DNA of 64,000 nt from Hypanus sabinus (GCF_030144855.1 NC_082708.1:142414001-142478000), one strand, 5' to 3'; numbered from the stretch's first letter, positions 1 to 14,729 are shown. Notes: generated by a model not told the origin, from the sequence alone. Numbers and translations are program-made.

Positions 1-425
1 CCCTTTACTCTTTTCTCTCTCCTCTTAAACCTGGCCCCCAATCACCATACCACTTTGCTGCCCCCCATCTGCCCATTCCCCACATTCATCTCAGACCTAT
101 TCCCTTCCCACCTCCCTCACTTTATTCCATGCTCCACTTTCTCCTATCAAATTCCATTATCTTTAGCTCTTTGTCTCTTCTGCTTATCACCTTCTGTTCT
201 CTGAATGATTCCTACTCCCCCTTCCTCCATTTGCCTTACTCCCCTCACCTGGATCCACCTATCACCTGCAACCTCCACCTTAAAATACTGGCCAGATAAA
301 GTATCCATTCCAGATGAAGGGCCTCAATCTGAATCATTGACTGTCTATTTCCCTCCATAGATGATGCCTGACCAACTGAGTTCTTCTGGTGTTTTGTGTG
401 TTGATCCAAACTCCAGCATCTGCAG
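1..425 (+). mobile_element. Penelope-like element 3' region, decayed
   Basis: Pyrimidine-rich tract, then a degenerate hammerhead-like motif (ccagatgaagggcctcaatctgaatc) and the ...gatgctgcctgacc...ccagcatctgca terminus shared with the copies at 16.7, 52.9 and 56.5 kb. Confidence 0.65.
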
Positions 426-429
426 CGTT

Positions 430-730
430 TGGCAGCGTGGTAGCTTAGTTAGCACAATACTTTACAACACCAGTGATCACCCATTGTGGTTCAACTCCCG
501 CTGCTTTCTGTAAGGAGTTTGTACGTTCTCCCATTGACTGTGTCTGTTTTCTCCAAATGCTCCCATTTCCTCCACATTCTAAAGACATATGGGTTAGGGT
601 TAGTATGTTGTGGCTATGCTATGTTGGCATCAGAAGCATGGTGACACTTGCGGGCTGCCTCCAGCACATCCTCGTAGACTGTTGGTCGTTGATGCAAAAG
701 ATGCATTTCACTGTATGGTGTTTTTCAATG
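430..730 (+). mobile_element. tRNA-derived V-domain SINE (HE1-like)
   Basis: tRNA-like head (gtggtagcttagttagc...ggttcaactccc) followed by the V-domain-like gagtttgtacgttctccc...tttcctccacattctaaagac. Related copies lie near 1190-1450 (+), 21470-21770 (-), 48580-48870 (-) and 53690-54000 (-). Confidence 0.65.
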
Positions 731-2584
731 TTTCTATGTGCGTTTATCAAATCAAGCCAGTCTCTTTATCTCATTTGTGTCTCAAAGAAATGCTCTGATT
801 TTCAATAGAGCTTGCCTTTGGATCTATTCCATCTGCCTGATAGTTCAGCTGGTTTAGTACCTCATTAGAAATGGAAGCTCAGTAGTGCAACACTCATTGA
901 GTTATCGACCAGGATTTGTATCCACAACAATTTGACTCAGAGGAAGGAATGCTTTCCAGTTGAAGAAAGAAGGTGCCACTTTTTTGACAGAAACAGTGAC
1001 TTGGCACATTGGCAAATATTGCAGCCAATTTGCACACATCAAATTTCCTAAACAACAGTGATATTAGTGACTAGTTAACCAAGAGTCATGCAGAAATAGG
1101 CCCTTTAGCCCACTTCACTAATGCTGTAATGTAAGTAAGTATTTTATTGCACAAGTGCATTACAGCATCACAGATGTATCGTTCCAGTGATCCCGATCTA
1201 ATCTTGACCTCCAGTGCTTCTATGTGGACTTTGCAAGTTCTATGTAGGTTTCCTCCAGGAGATCTTGTTTTCGTGCACATCCCAGAGAAGTGGGTCACTG
1301 TAAATTGCCCCTAGCATGGGCAATTGAGTGACAGAATCTGAAGTGAATGTCGGAATGTGGAGAGAATAAAATGGGAGGAATGAAGAGTTAGTGTAAATGA
1401 GTGTATGATTGTTGGAACAGACCTTGTGGGCTGTTTCCATGATATAACCCTTGGCTAGCAGAGTTGCACAATTCGTTATAAGTCTTATCTATTTAAATCA
1501 TGAGAGATTGCCTTATTTTTCATTCTTAATTTTCTTTGGAATCATTGGATAAGTGCCCAGTTCTGTGCTGTATGCATGGAGTTAGGAACAAACTGGACCT
1601 GGAAATTTCTTTATGGGATGTAAATGAACCAGATGTTTGCAGTTAAGATAATCCAGCCATCATTACTGATTCTTTTTTAAATTCTGGACTTGCTTTATTA
1701 ATCAAGTTTAAATTTCCGTTCCGGTGTGGTGCTGTTATGACCTCATATTTCTGGATGATTCTTCTAATGTGCAGATTACTTAAACAATAAATTATTCAAC
1801 AATTTCAGTTTAACCTGCACCCTGACAGATGAACTGGACTAATGAGGCCTTACTCTATTCCTAGTAGTGTTAATAAACCAGAAGCTGAGTTTTCACAATA
1901 TTAGTGGCTAGTAGTGTAAATCAATTTTCCTAATCTTTTTACAATGAAACTCCACTCACTAGAGTATGTTCCCCTCATCACCAACCAACTGGCATTGATA
2001 TTGTGGGTTGTTGAGGTTGTCCCAGGGATTCCTAACCCTTGTTTGGTGTTTCATGGGTCTGGGGCAGTTGGCATGCTGAACGCACCTGTATTTATTTATA
2101 TATAATCTTAAATTACCTTAATGTTATTAAAACCTCAAAGCCAGCTCTGTGTGAGCTGGAAGGGCTGTGCTCCCCAGGATGGAATCATCCACATAAGTAG
2201 TATGAGAAAAGCCAACATTCAAAATAGAAATATTTATTTCCAGTTATCTAATGAGAAGCCTCTGACTGGGAAAACAGATAAAGGCAATACTTGTTAAATG
2301 TATCTCCACATGTAGGACATCACGTGACAGGGCAATGGAGTTTCTCCAATGTTTTGTCTTATTTACAGTCAGAAAAATTTGAACAATAATAACAGCATAA
2401 GACTGGTTTTATTACTGCTGTTGTTTCTAACTTCACAGAATATAAGGGGAAATATTTACTGAATTCCAGAAGAATTTGATGAATCCTTTTAAGACCAATG
2501 AATAAAAAGCTAAAATAAAAGTTACAATCAAAAAATAAACAGACTAAAAATTATTTCAGCTAAGCATAGGAAAATACCAAAATT

Positions 2585-3460
2585 AGAATCAGGTTTAATA
2601 TCACTGGCATATGTCATGAAGTATGTTGTTTTCTGGCAGGAGAACATGGTAATACATAATAAAAAACTACAAATTGCCATAAGAAATATATATATATATA
2701 TAAAATGTTATAACAAGTACACTTATACATTTGTAATTCTTTATACATACATACACACACACACACACATATATAAATTAAATGTGTAGTGCAAAATAGA
2801 GAGCAAAAAATAGTGAGGTAGTGTTTCTCAGTTCATTGTTCATTCAGTAGGGTCGAGGTAGAAGTTGTTCCTCAAACATTGAGTGTGTGTCTTCAGGCTA
2901 GACTCCTGTACCTCACCTTGATGGTAGCAATGAGAAGAGGCCACGTCTTGGGTGATGGTGGGCCTTAATGATCGATGTCACCTTATCGAGGCATTGCCTT
3001 TTGAAAATGTCCTCAATGCTGGGGAAACTAGTACCCGTGATAGAGCTGGCTGACTTTGTAACTTTCTGCAGCTTTTTCCAGCCCCATGCACTGGGCCCTC
3101 CATACCATCCTTAGTGATACAACTCAGTCAGAATGCTCTCCACGAAACATCTGGGACGTTTGCATGGGTCTTTGGTGACATACCAAGTCTCCTCAAGCTC
3201 CTAATGAAATATTGCCACCATCATGGCTTCTTTGTTATCGCATCAATATATCGGGCCCAGGATAGATCTACAGAGATATTGGCACTTCGGAACTTGAAAC
3301 TACTCACTTTCCACTGTTAATCCCTCGGTGAGGACTAGTGTGTGTTCCCTTGTTTTCCACTTCCCGAAGTCCACAATCTATTCCTTGCTCTTACTAGCAT
3401 TGAGTGCAAGGTTGTTGTTATGATGCTACTCAACCAGCTGATCTGTTTCACCAATGTACT
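2585..3460 (-). mobile_element. Rex1/Babar-like LINE 3' fragment containing (TA)n/(CA)n microsatellites
   Basis: Shares the agaatcaggtttaatatcactggcatatgtcatgaa tail and the tttggtgacataccaa...ctcctaatgaa segment with the copies at 55.9 and 57.2-59.0 kb. Confidence 0.6.
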
Positions 3461-5470
3461 GTTGACCAGAAGGTTGGTAAAATATCTGTAATTTACAGCG
3501 GAATTTTAAGTACGTGTAAGAAAAGATAGGCTTTTGTCCTTTTTCTGAAAATCTTTTCCCTAGACTTCCACTGTAGTTTAATTGGTTCTGAATTGAATCT
3601 TCATATTTCTTCCACTGAGGGGCAGAAGGGATCTGATGAGAGAGTTGTGAGCAGTTTGTAATGAGGTCTGTTCCTTCCGCTGCTTTGTGGCTGTCAATGC
3701 ATGGACTCTGGAATCTCAATGCCACCCCAAACACTGCTCCTTCTGGCCATGTGTTAGAGATTCCCAGGAGTCAGGAAGGATAATGCATTCCTTCATGATG
3801 ACTTTAAGCGTGCCCATGAATAATTTCCTCTATCCACCTGGTAATTTCTTTCTATGTGTAATGACGGTCTCAGTGCTCGGGATGTTGGCCAGGGAGAGGA
3901 CAAGAAATAGCAACCAAATCAGGGTTGCTGCCTCCAGCTTGACTGACCTAGATCCGCTTGCCGTGAAGTTGGAGAAACACCCTTGATTATACCTTTCCAG
4001 TGCTGATAATAACAGGATATGTAAACCCTAATTGCTGCTTCCCCATCCCACCCACCACCTATGCCACTGCTTCCAAATGGAGAACAAAATATTTTAGCAT
4101 GTCCACTGTATTAGTTTGACTCCATCAATAATTGGAAGTCCATATAGTTCAAATAATGGTTAGCTAAAAGAGGAGATTCTTTAACACAAACAATCATGAA
4201 GGCTTACCTTGTTTGAATATTAATGTTTAGCATCTACCAGTTTCAGATTATGTGGCTGATATTTGAATATTAGGCAGGCCAGCATCCAGGCTTCTCAATC
4301 TGCCAATTTCATGTTGTTCTTTCTATTTTTATGTGTCTGCTTCTCAGCATTACGTTTTTGTTTACTTTTCCTGGTTTTGTCTCTCATGTGGAATCTAGAA
4401 GTAGATAAGCATGCCAGTAAACTGGCTCAATGATTTTGTTCCCGGTGCTTACAACAATTCTTGTACAGAGTATCACTCTTATTTATATTTTTCTTTTGAC
4501 TTCAGATAATAGGTAGAAAGATGAAATATCTGTAAAAAGCAGAGAATCATAACACCTTGTAATTATGATGAAGCTTTTTTTATGGTTTATTATTTGAAGA
4601 CTCAAAGATCAGTATGTAACTTGATTAAAGTTACATACTGGAATTTTTTTCATCATATCTTAAAGAAATGGTAACTAAACCAGGGCTGCTGCCTACAGCT
4701 TCACTGACCCAGATTTGACCCCGACTTCTCTTTGCGACTGCCTTAGGTCCCACAACTATTTCAGTTTCCTCTCATATCCCAAAGGCAGGTTAAATCACCA
4801 CTGTAAATTAGTGTAGGTAAGTGCTAACAGCATCAAAGAGAAAGAAATAAGTTGTAGTGTTGCAAAAATAAAAAGGAAAGGAAGAATTGGACTGATAGGA
4901 CTGCTCCGTTGGTGGTATGCATGGATCTAGTGGGCTAAATATCCCTCCTGTGTCATAAACAGTTAAACTTACACAACAAAGCAAATAAAATCAGGGAACG
5001 ATTGTAAAGTGCATGAAAAATATTGGTAGAAATTACCACTGCATAGATCTTGTGCAGAATAAGTAACTTTGAATGAAAAATATCGTTGCCATACGATGGC
5101 AAATTGGATTAAAGAAAAGCAGATCTGATAGATGGAATTGAGGTAATATGCGCCATTAACAAGAGCCTGTTCTTCCTTCTAATCTCTAAACATATGGTCT
5201 ATGTATCCTAGCAGTTGAAGTACATTCGTCTTCCAAATTCTCTGATGAGCATCAAATTATCACAAACAATTTCTGAATATCAGGAAAAAAACAGCAATAT
5301 TTGAGTGATTTTAATTTTGTGTTTCACATTTTGTTCTGACAGAACTGTGAGGACAAATTTTGCAACCAGCCTTGTTTTACTTGTACTGATATTATGGCTA
5401 AATATGGTGTTTACCACAATGGACTGGTGTTGTGTTTGAACAATAATCATAAATCATTTCTTTTTAAAAG

Positions 5471-6208
5471 CTTACAGATAAAGAGAGTACTGAAGAGATG
5501 CTGAAAGGTAATGAAGGGATACTGAAAGGTAAACTCTGCCGCTTACAAAACCAATTGAGGATGAAGGTGGATGAAATGAATAAGCAGTCTGAATACTTTG
5601 AACACTACAAACAAAGGCAGCAACAGCTGACTATGAAGCTGAGAGAGCGCGAGCTGTCCTTGCAGAACCAACTCTTCAAACTGGAGAGAGAGAAAATTGA
5701 TTTAAGTGCCACCAGTATAGTCCTAAAAAGTGAGCTACACCAAGTCACTGCAAAGTTCACAAAGCTGGAGAAAGCACACATGAGGAGGAATAGAGATGGT
5801 TCAGAGCATGATACGGATCTCACCAACATGGGAAGCTGCCTATTGAGTGGAGAGGATCACATTAAAGAGCAGATTCTGGTCCTTCAGAATGACTTAAAGA
5901 GTCTTTTAGAAAAAGAAGCAGCAAATAACCAGGAAAGGGAGCAATTCCAAGAAAGACTTCAACAAGCTGAGGAAAACGAGAGCTTCCTGACACATAAACT
6001 AGAAGACTTCCGCTCACGTATCCACGAACTGAAGTTATCAGAGAGCAGCCTGCAAGAGCAAATCGAGGACCTGGAAGAAGAGAACGAGAAACTCAGAAAA
6101 GATCTGAAAGAAGTACAAGAACAAAAGAACTACCTGAATGTGCTGGACTTTGAAGAAAAGCTGGGGAATTTAGCGCAGGATGAGAGTACAGTGAATAAAA
6201 CCTCAATT
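5471..6208 (+). CDS. C4orf50: C4orf50-like coiled-coil protein, internal coding exon A (738 nt, phase 0-0)
   Basis: Acceptor tttctttttaaaag|CTT and donor ATT|gtaagt. Heptad-rich frame LTDKESTEEMLKG...LCRLQNQLRMKVDEMNKQSEYFEHYKQRQQQLTMKLRERELSLQNQLFKLERE...FRSRIHELKLSESSL. It resembles the recalled N-terminal region of mammalian C4orf50 (LRRLREQLRRK...QERVLRAQVQRLERD; RSRIQELELSE). Confidence 0.85.
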
Positions 6209-6509
6209 GTAAGTACCGTTGTTGCAAATTGTGAAAAGTCTTCACATGAGGTTTCTGTTTCCTGATTGCAATGTTTCACATGAAATTCTGTTAACTTTAA
6301 AAGAAGTCTTGACTCCGAAAAGTAGACTTATTTTTATGTTTCTTTCTATGTCTGATCTTTGGAGATTACTAATGATAGCTATGGTCCTCCTGTTGTTTAG
6401 AATTATCCTACCATTTGTTCATTAAGAATGTGAAGGAAGGTAGGAGAAGGAACAGAGGATGCAACAATTTAACTTCCAGCAGAATTTCAGAGTTAAAATT
6501 CAGAAGGAC

Positions 6510-7100
6510 AAGTTCAAGTTTATTATCATTTAACTGTATACATGTATACCACCAAATGATACAATGTTCCTCTGGACCAATGGGCACAATACAGTACATA
6601 TAACTCATATAATCACTTAAAGTAATATTCCCACAAATAAATAAATAAATAATAAAATATATTCCAGAATATTTACATTTAGTATAAGATGCATTTATGA
6701 CAAAAATTAAGAAGTAAATAGCGTAACTCTACTGGTGCTTCGTAAGTGATGAGACCTTGGTATTTGGGAGGGAGTTCAGTAGTCTCATGACCTTGGGAAA
6801 GAAGCTATTTCCCATCCTACCAACCCTTGTCCTGATGCTACACTACCTTCTGCCTGGTGTTTGGGGGTCAAAGACCTTATGGGACAAGTAGGGGGGGGGG
6901 GGAATTCTTGACAATGCTAAGGGCCCTGCATATGCAGTGCCCTTGATGAATATCTCAGGTGGGTAGAAGAGAGAGACCCCAAGGATCCTCTTGGTAGTCC
7001 TCAAATCCTTTGTAGGACCTTGTGGTTAGATACCTTGTAATTCCCATAACAGACAGTAAGACACCTAGTCAGAACATTCTCAATGCTGTTCCTGTAAGAA
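6510..7100 (-). mobile_element. Rex1/Babar-like LINE 3' fragment
   Basis: ttcaagtttattatcatt tail and aagaagctatttccc...ctaccttctgcc segment typical of this family. Confidence 0.45.
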
Positions 7101-10100
7101 TGGTGGTGGTGGGGGGGAGGGGGGGTCTCTTGCCTCAATCACCACAGGAAATGGAGATATTACGTGAGTTTTCCTGATCAAAGAGATAGTGTTGAAGGAC
7201 CAGATGAGATTGTGAGTAAGAATGTACATCAGATTCCGTTGAAGGTGGAGCATAGGGAGTGGGTACATGCGAAGTTCTGGGAGTGAGTGCAAAATATGAT
7301 CTGGCAGATCTTTAAGATTATGTACTTGAGTTGCTGAACTAATATGTAGTGAGAGTTGAATTACATTGCAGACTTAACCCCTGGAATAACTTAATATATG
7401 GGCCATAATAGTCTACAACCGTTTTGGGAAATTAGCTTCAAACGATGAGATTAGAAAGTTCTGTGGTCAGGTTTGCAGAGGAAGGGTTTGGGAGACGTGA
7501 GACTGCAGATGGTGGAAATCTGGAGCGATGCACAAAGCACTGGAGGAATTCAACGGGTCAGGAAGCATCCGTAGAGGATGATGCACAGCCAGTGTTTTGT
7601 ATCGAGATCCTTCATCTGGAGTGAGGTCATTCAGTTGATTGTCAACTGTCCATTTCACTCAATGGATGCTGCCTGACTACAGAGTTCATCCAACACTTTG
7701 TGTGCAGTGGCTTTGAGAGGTTGTCTTCCTGTGGTTTTGAGCCAGTAAAATTCTTTCTACCCATACATCAGTGAAGGAACTCATACTCTAGTTCTCACAT
7801 TGGCCAACACCGGAGGAGGTAGAATGAGCAGAGGGAGAGGAAATGGGAAGAGTCTTGCAGTTCAAAGCTGCTTCAAAGGAGAAAGAAACAAACTAGAAAG
7901 TATCCTTTCACTGAATGGTGCCTCTCCAAGTTATCAGGATGTGTTTGCTATGACCTTCTGCTTCAGCGGTTCACCAAGATTCGTGGTCACAATATGTCAC
8001 ATGGAGGCTCTGTTCTGGAGTTCTTTGTATTTTGGAGTAGAACAGTTTGTATATGTTCCTGCTTCTTTACTTGCTGTGGGGACAGGGCACGATCGGACTA
8101 TTTTTGAGTCCTTGGGGAAAAGAGAATGTCATTCATACTTTGTAGGAGGAGCTTTTGATTGGTGCCTCTTGGCATTACAGTGGGAATTAGATGGAGGTTC
8201 ATCTGTGAATGTTACATGTTAAGTTTGTGGTGCATTAGAGCAAACATGAGCTACCATATACTTACTTGCAGGGGAAAAATAGCTCCCCCCCCCACTATGT
8301 CATAAGGAAATATGGAATTCTGGAGTACAGTCACAGAGGGGGAGAGGGAAACAAAGACCCATGTAATCCTAAGGAGATTGTGAAAACACCTGTACTGTGC
8401 TGTAGTGTTCTACCACACAGACAGCACTCGATGCTAGGATGGAATCTAGGCCATTAGAATGAGGCAGCAGTTGACGGTAGGGGAGCTATCTTAGTGTGAG
8501 CTGGAAGCCAGAATGAGAGACACAATTTGTTTCCAACAGGGTTGTTGGAATTCTCAGAGGGGGGTGGGGGTTAAAGAAATAATTCTGGGAAAGAACATAG
8601 GACATTACAACCCAGTACAGGCTCTTTGACCCCAATGTTGTGCTGACCTTTTAATCTACTCTAAGATCAGTAGAGGGGAGGATAGGCAAGTTCCAAAAAT
8701 GATTCTGACTCAAAAGCTGAGGCTGAAAATTGAGGAGAATTTTAACAGGATGAATAAAAGAGCTTAGTTTGGAACAACAAATGAATGGCAGGCCATTCAA
8801 AGCTCTGTGAAGCTATCCTTAGTGCTTTGCACCGAAAGTGCTACAGATTATGTCGGAAGGATAGTATCAAGAGACGGTTTGGAACAGTGATACTCATCTC
8901 TGGTGGGAGAGGTTAAGGGGCCAATAAGGGCTAAGAACGTGAAAGCATTTGAACAATGGATACAAATCTAAGGTGAGGTACTGCCAGAGTGGGAATTCAA
9001 GGTGGATATTTCTGTCTCACATCAGAGAGTTATTCATTGTTTTAATCAGCAATGAAGAATGCCATAATGACCACTGGTATTGAGCTAGGGCTCCAAGATA
9101 TTCAGATATGGATGATACAGTTGTAATCTCTGTAAATGAGGGAATAACAATAGAAATTAAGAGTATAAAAGCCTGGGACTTCTGATCCCACACCAATATA
9201 AATGTCAGGATGCAACTGTGCTTCCCCGGTTTCTAGTGTTGGCGTGGGCCTGAGACAGATGCTGCATCTCCTATTGTGCGGCCAGTGCTGTTGAGCCCTT
9301 GCAGAGATCAATGCAGCAGCATAAACATCCTCAGGCCTCCCAGTTCTCAAGTAGACTGCTGATTCTGCATGTTTAGACCAAAGCCAAACACATAAGAAAA
9401 TAGAAGGAAGAGTAGGCCAGCAGGCTGCTCAAGTTGCCCCATCAGTCAATATATCATGGCTGATCTTTGCTGGCCTCAACCCCTCTTCTGTGCCAGTGTC
9501 CTAGTTCCCTTTATTCCTTGGCAGTCCTATTTCAGTTAACTCTGAGGCATCTTGGTTGGTGTGAACTGAAGGGCCATTCATGAACTGTACAACACCTTGA
9601 CCTTGGATGCCATGAAGGAGTTTTGTGTTTATTGATTTTTTTGATGGTTTCAATGTTTTTAATTCTTTTATATGGAGTTGCTGTGCAGCGCAGCTCAAAG
9701 GACCAGAAGGGGGCTATTCCACACTGTATCCCTAATATTCAAATAAAGTATTAATGAAGTAAGTAAATTTCTAGATATGTATTTAACAGGCTCCAAGATT
9801 TACTTGATTTTTTTTTTAAGGTCCTGTTATGGCTTTAATAGATAATGATCCTGAGCATGGGCCCTAACAGGCTGTAAAAATCATTGTATGAGAGCAGCTA
9901 GTCCCTTTCCCTGAGCTAGCACCTGCGATGCATTGGGCTACATTGAAATGCTGAGGTACCAGTGTTGGACCGCACTGAAACTTTGTGATTCCAGGCCAAT
10001 TGGTGATCTGCTCCTTAAATTGCTATTGCTGTATAATAAATTGAATTGTTCTTCTTGGCTCTGGGGAGGATGGCTTAAAAGCTGTAGTATTTAAATCATT

Positions 10101-10649
10101 GGAATAATCTTAGTTTGAACTCTCAAGAGTCTTTGACTCTGTCAATTAAGAGAGGTAAAGCATCGAGAGCTTTCAAGAATTTTATTTTGTATAGCCACGA
10201 GAGGCATATTAAACTGTTAGGTATATAAGGATGACTTAAGATACAAGTGGATTGTTGAACTGCAAAGAAAATGACGAACAGTCTAGTCGAAGAATTAAAC
10301 AGTCATATCCAACAATGGAGAGACCTCCCAAAATTTGGCTACCCTTAGAAAGTCATTACCATTCTACGCCTGCTACGCATTGATATGAAAGTTGTAATCT
10401 CACAGAGATAATTTCAGTGTAGACCATGGTCAAGCAAGGTTATATCATTAAACCAAAGCTCTTAATATTTTGCACTGCAGTACAATTTCTCTCTTTAAGC
10501 AGGTTTCTATTTGGGATGGTGTTATTCCTCAAATAAGCTGGAAACTGTTCAATGCTAAGGTCACTCCAGTTTCAGCTGTTGATTTACTGCAGGCAGATGT
10601 TGCATGATTGTGTGTACATTTGGAGGCCAATTCCATATCATCATTGTCT

Positions 10650-11065
10650 CCTTCACTTTTGAAATTTAGGCCCCTTGTACTAGCCATTTCCGGCCTGGGA
10701 CAAAGACTCTGAATGACAACTTGATCCATGTCTTTTATCACTTTGTACATCTTTATCATCAGTCTTCACTCCCCCCCCCCCCCCCATTCGCTCAAAAGAG
10801 AGAAGCACTAGCTCACTCAATCTGTCTAATCAAGGCAGCATCCAGGTAAATCTCCTCTGCACCCCTTCAAAAGCTTCCACATCCTTTCCATAATGAGGTA
10901 ACTAGAACTGAACTCAATATTCCAAGTTGTTTCTAACCAGGATTTCATAGAGCTACAACATTATCTCGCAGCTCTTGAACTCAATCCTCTGACTAATAAA
11001 GGCCAACACATAAAGCACCATCTCAACAACCCCATTAACTTGTTAACTTTGTGGGATATATGGAT
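10650..11065 (-). mobile_element. CR1 LINE 3' fragment
   Basis: Minus-strand KMYKVIKDMDQV...SLCPR is homologous to the CR1 ORF2 C-terminus seen in other copies here. Confidence 0.6.
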
Positions 11066-11084
11066 AGAAGATCTCTCAGAACAG

Positions 11085-11490
11085 CCAGGAAAAACCTCAT
11101 CTAAGGCATCGAGGGCATTAATGACTACACAAGAAAAAACTGTATCAGCTATACCAGTACCACTGCCCTCCCTGATGCTCTGAACACCTTTAATGCATGC
11201 TTCAAGGCACGCAACAAATGCCAGCTACAAAGCTACCCCCTCCCAGGTAAGCAGCCACTGTCTGTAACAGCAGCAAGAGGAGGACTCTGGAGAGGAGTCT
11301 TACAGGGGTAAGACGGCAGGGCCAGACAACATCCCAGTCAGAGTATTCAGGAGCGTCCAAACCAGTTCACTAATGTCTTCATGGACATCTTCAACACTTC
11401 ACTCATCTAGGCTGCTGTCCCTACATGCTTCAAATCAGCCACCATCATCTCTGTACCAAAGAATTCTCCACCCTCAGATTTAAATGACTC
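11085..11490 (+). mobile_element. Rex1/Babar-like internal ORF fragment
   Basis: Decayed translation: K.AGPDNIP.RVFR...VFMDIFNTSLI.AAVPTCFKSATIISVPK...SDLND. Confidence 0.6.
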
Positions 11491-11699
11491 TCAGAGACCC
11501 TCAGAGTTAACAAGACAAAGGAGATGGTTATCATCTTCAGGAGAGCTTGCACCAATCATATCGCTCTTTACATCAGCAGCACAGCAGTGGAAACTGCGAG
11601 CATGAATAGTGCAATGACCCGTGTTAAGCATTCCTAAGGAATAGTCCACTGGTGGGTCCTCAGTAGCAGTAGAGGCCAATCTGGGATCTACATATTCTG

Positions 11700-13985
11700 G
11701 TGCGTTGTGGACACGAGTAAGTGGTGGCTGCAGTTAGTTGTTCAGCCTTTTGTTCATTCTCTCCTCTCACAGCTGCTGCTTGTTCTCTGTGGCACAGTGG
11801 AGGCTGCTCTCATATACTGCAGTTCCCTCTTGAACAGATTTCCTCCAAGTGCTTCCATTGAGTGCAATGTCTTCCCAGCTTTTAGATGCAATATTAAATT
11901 TCTTCAGACTGATTTTGATATCATCTTTGAAGAGTTTCCTTTGCCCACCAAGGACTGGCTGACCTTCCTACAACTGGGAGTAAAGGATCTGTTTGGGGAG
12001 ACGGGAGTTAGGGATCTGAATAACATGACAAATCCAACGGAGTTGGTGATGCTTTGTCATGGTGGAGATACTGTTCATGTTCGATTCTTCCGGTACCCTG
12101 GTGTTAGTATGTCTGTCCTTCCAGATGATCTTCAAAATCATCCATAAGGTTTCTGGTGGTATTGTTCCAGAGCTTTCAGATGTCTGCTGAAGGTGGTCCA
12201 TGGTTCAGCTCCATACAATAATGTAGGAAAGATGGTTCTCAATCAACCAAAGGTTTTGTTTGGACCTGAGGGTAACAGTCTTCAAAAGACTCATTTCCTT
12301 AATCTTGCTGAGGCTCCACTAGCACTACACGAGGTGGTTGATCTCTGAGTCGATGTCCTCTTTTGAGGAGAGGATACTGCCAAGGTAGAGAAAGTGATCT
12401 ACACTTTCAAGGGCAATATCATCAACTTCTATAAAGGTCTGGATAAATAGCTGGTTGGGTGGTGGCTGATGTAGGACCTGTGCCCTTTTTATATATTCAA
12501 AACAAGACCCAGGGCATTATATACTTTGGAGGTCTTCTTCAGAGTGTGCTGCAATGGCATTGGCATCTATGTACTGAAGATCCAAAGTGCTGATCTTGTT
12601 CTTTGCCTTGAACCTGTTGAGGTTGAAAAGCCTGTTGTCTATTCTATACATGATTGGGATTTCCTGTGGCATGTCTTGGCCATTGAAGCAAAGGATGGCG
12701 GCAATAAAGGTGCAATGGTACAGTGGTTTTGTTGCTTTGCAGGCTCCTGATGTCATAGTGGACCTCGTTTATACTGGGAGGTTCCCCCATGTCTTCTCTC
12801 ACAGGTCTCTGAAGGATTTGGTTAGTAAAAGACAGCATAGGATCACAGTTGGGGAACTTCCTGAAAGTGCTCTCTTCACCAGTCATTGATATCCTTTCAA
12901 TCCTTTCACAAGTTCTTTCCATCCTTTGGGTGCAGATGTTTTAGTCCAAAGTACCTTGGCCCATAGGCAGCTTTGGTTGCACTGAAAAAGTCACTCATGT
13001 CACCGGTGCTTTCTCAGTCCATCAATAATCCTGTAGCTCCTTCACCCTTCACTGGACAGTTGCCTTGGCTCTGGAGTAAGGTTCACTTTTGGCCTTGCTG
13101 CCGATGTAATTCTGCCAGGCACAAAAGGCTTTTCTTTTCTGAGATAAGTTGTTCTATGTCCTTGTCATCATCATCAAGCCAATCCTGATGTTTTCTAGAC
13201 TCGTACCCAAGGATGCTATTGTAGGTATGGAGAATGGTGGACTTGAGCAGCCCCCAGTCTTCTCCAATATCCTTTGGATATTCCTGTTGGAGGCTTTCCC
13301 CAAATGAGGTGGTGTTGGGTGGCCATGTCAAGCAGATTCCTGAGATTTAGTCTTGGCATGGTCTGCTTTTTATGAACCCTCTTCTTTCTCATGAGTTTGA
13401 TGGACATGGTGGAGTGGATCAGGAGATGACCTATCTAGCATTCATCTGTCCCAATCATGGCCCTTGTGATATTGACATAACGGTAGTCCCTGGCTCTGAT
13501 AATAACAGTCAATGATATGTAATTGTTTCGATCAGGGGTACTGCCAAGGTGCCTTGAATTTGTTTTTCTGGTGGAAGAGAGATTTATGATGATAAGATTG
13601 TGTTCAGCACATATAGTGAGGCATAGTACTCCATTTGAGTTGATCTTGTCAATATCTTCCTTTCCTATGGTACCCTTCCAAAGATTGAAGTCCCTGCCAA
13701 CCCTGGCATTAATTTCCCTAAGAAAATTATCTTACCCTCCTTCAGGATGCTCAACAGTGTTGCGTCTAGGCAAGTGTAGATGTGACATTCTTTTGCTTAC
13801 TCATTTGAGTCCGCAGTTGATGCATAAGCACTCAAGAAGGTTGCTGTCAAGTTTTTGGCAAGAACCAAATGGATCACCATGAGACATTCACTGATCCCCA
13901 CAAGAAGTTCAGAGAGTTAACTGATGAGCTGTTTTTTATTGCAGACCCAACACCACGGTCCTGGGCTTGTCATATGCCTTCCCTT
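11700..13985 (-). mobile_element. RTE-clade LINE, decayed (AP endonuclease plus RT remnants, internally deleted)
   Basis: Minus-strand motifs INARVG (APE), RKHQDWLDDDDKDIEQL, LQYIDANAIAAHSEEDLQ (YADD region) and QLRWICHVIQIPNSRLPKQILYSQL, with many stops. Confidence 0.8.
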
Positions 13986-14729
13986 TCCAGAACCATGGAG
14001 CCGCACAGTAGCTTAGTGGTTAGCGCAACCCTATTAAGTACTAAGTACACTTACTACCAAAGTATGTATGCAGAATACAACTCTGAGATTTGTCCTCCTG
14101 CAGGCATTCATGAAAAAGAAAAACACCATGGAACTCATTCCCAGAAAATCATCAAACATCCAGCGTGCAACAAAAGAACAAATACAGCCAACAGCAAAAA
14201 AGGAGCAAGCAACACGTAGAATATCAACATCAAACTAGGAGTATTCAGTTCAGTTCAGTGCCGCTAGCTGATGGCAGGCCACAGAGCTAGTCTTCACCGA
14301 AGTACCCCAATCCTCACCAATCCGCCCTGATCAAACCGTTCAAAAAACAGAAAAACAGTAAGCAGAAACCCATAGCACATGCAAAATGAACCTCAGAGTC
14401 CACAGCTATGAACTTCAATGGGTCAATCCTTTCAATGTGTAACCCAAGACTCCTGCTCTTTCCTCTGACAGCAGCTAGTGAAAGGGAGAGGAAAACTGGA
14501 CAGACGCGGACATTCGGCACCAAGCACATATACATCCTCTGCTCCTGTCTTCGCCGACTTCAACCTTGCTCAATGCCTCAGTCAGAGAGAAGTAATAGAG
14601 TTGATCATGGACTCATGTTCTGTCTCCAGGCTGCACACGCTACTCCCAACGTCACCAAACTCCTTCGGAGACAGCAAAGTACCATCGCACTAAATCATCT
14701 CAAAAACACACTATCTAAATAACAGAAGC

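Noticed and set aside
430-510. tRNA gene
   Set aside because: The tRNA-like head cannot form a full cloverleaf and continues into a SINE V-domain.
5498-6265. Treating the 255-aa and 521-aa ORFs as separate single-exon genes
   Set aside because: Both have in-frame splice acceptors upstream of the first Met and donors before the stop, and they join through phase-compatible exons.
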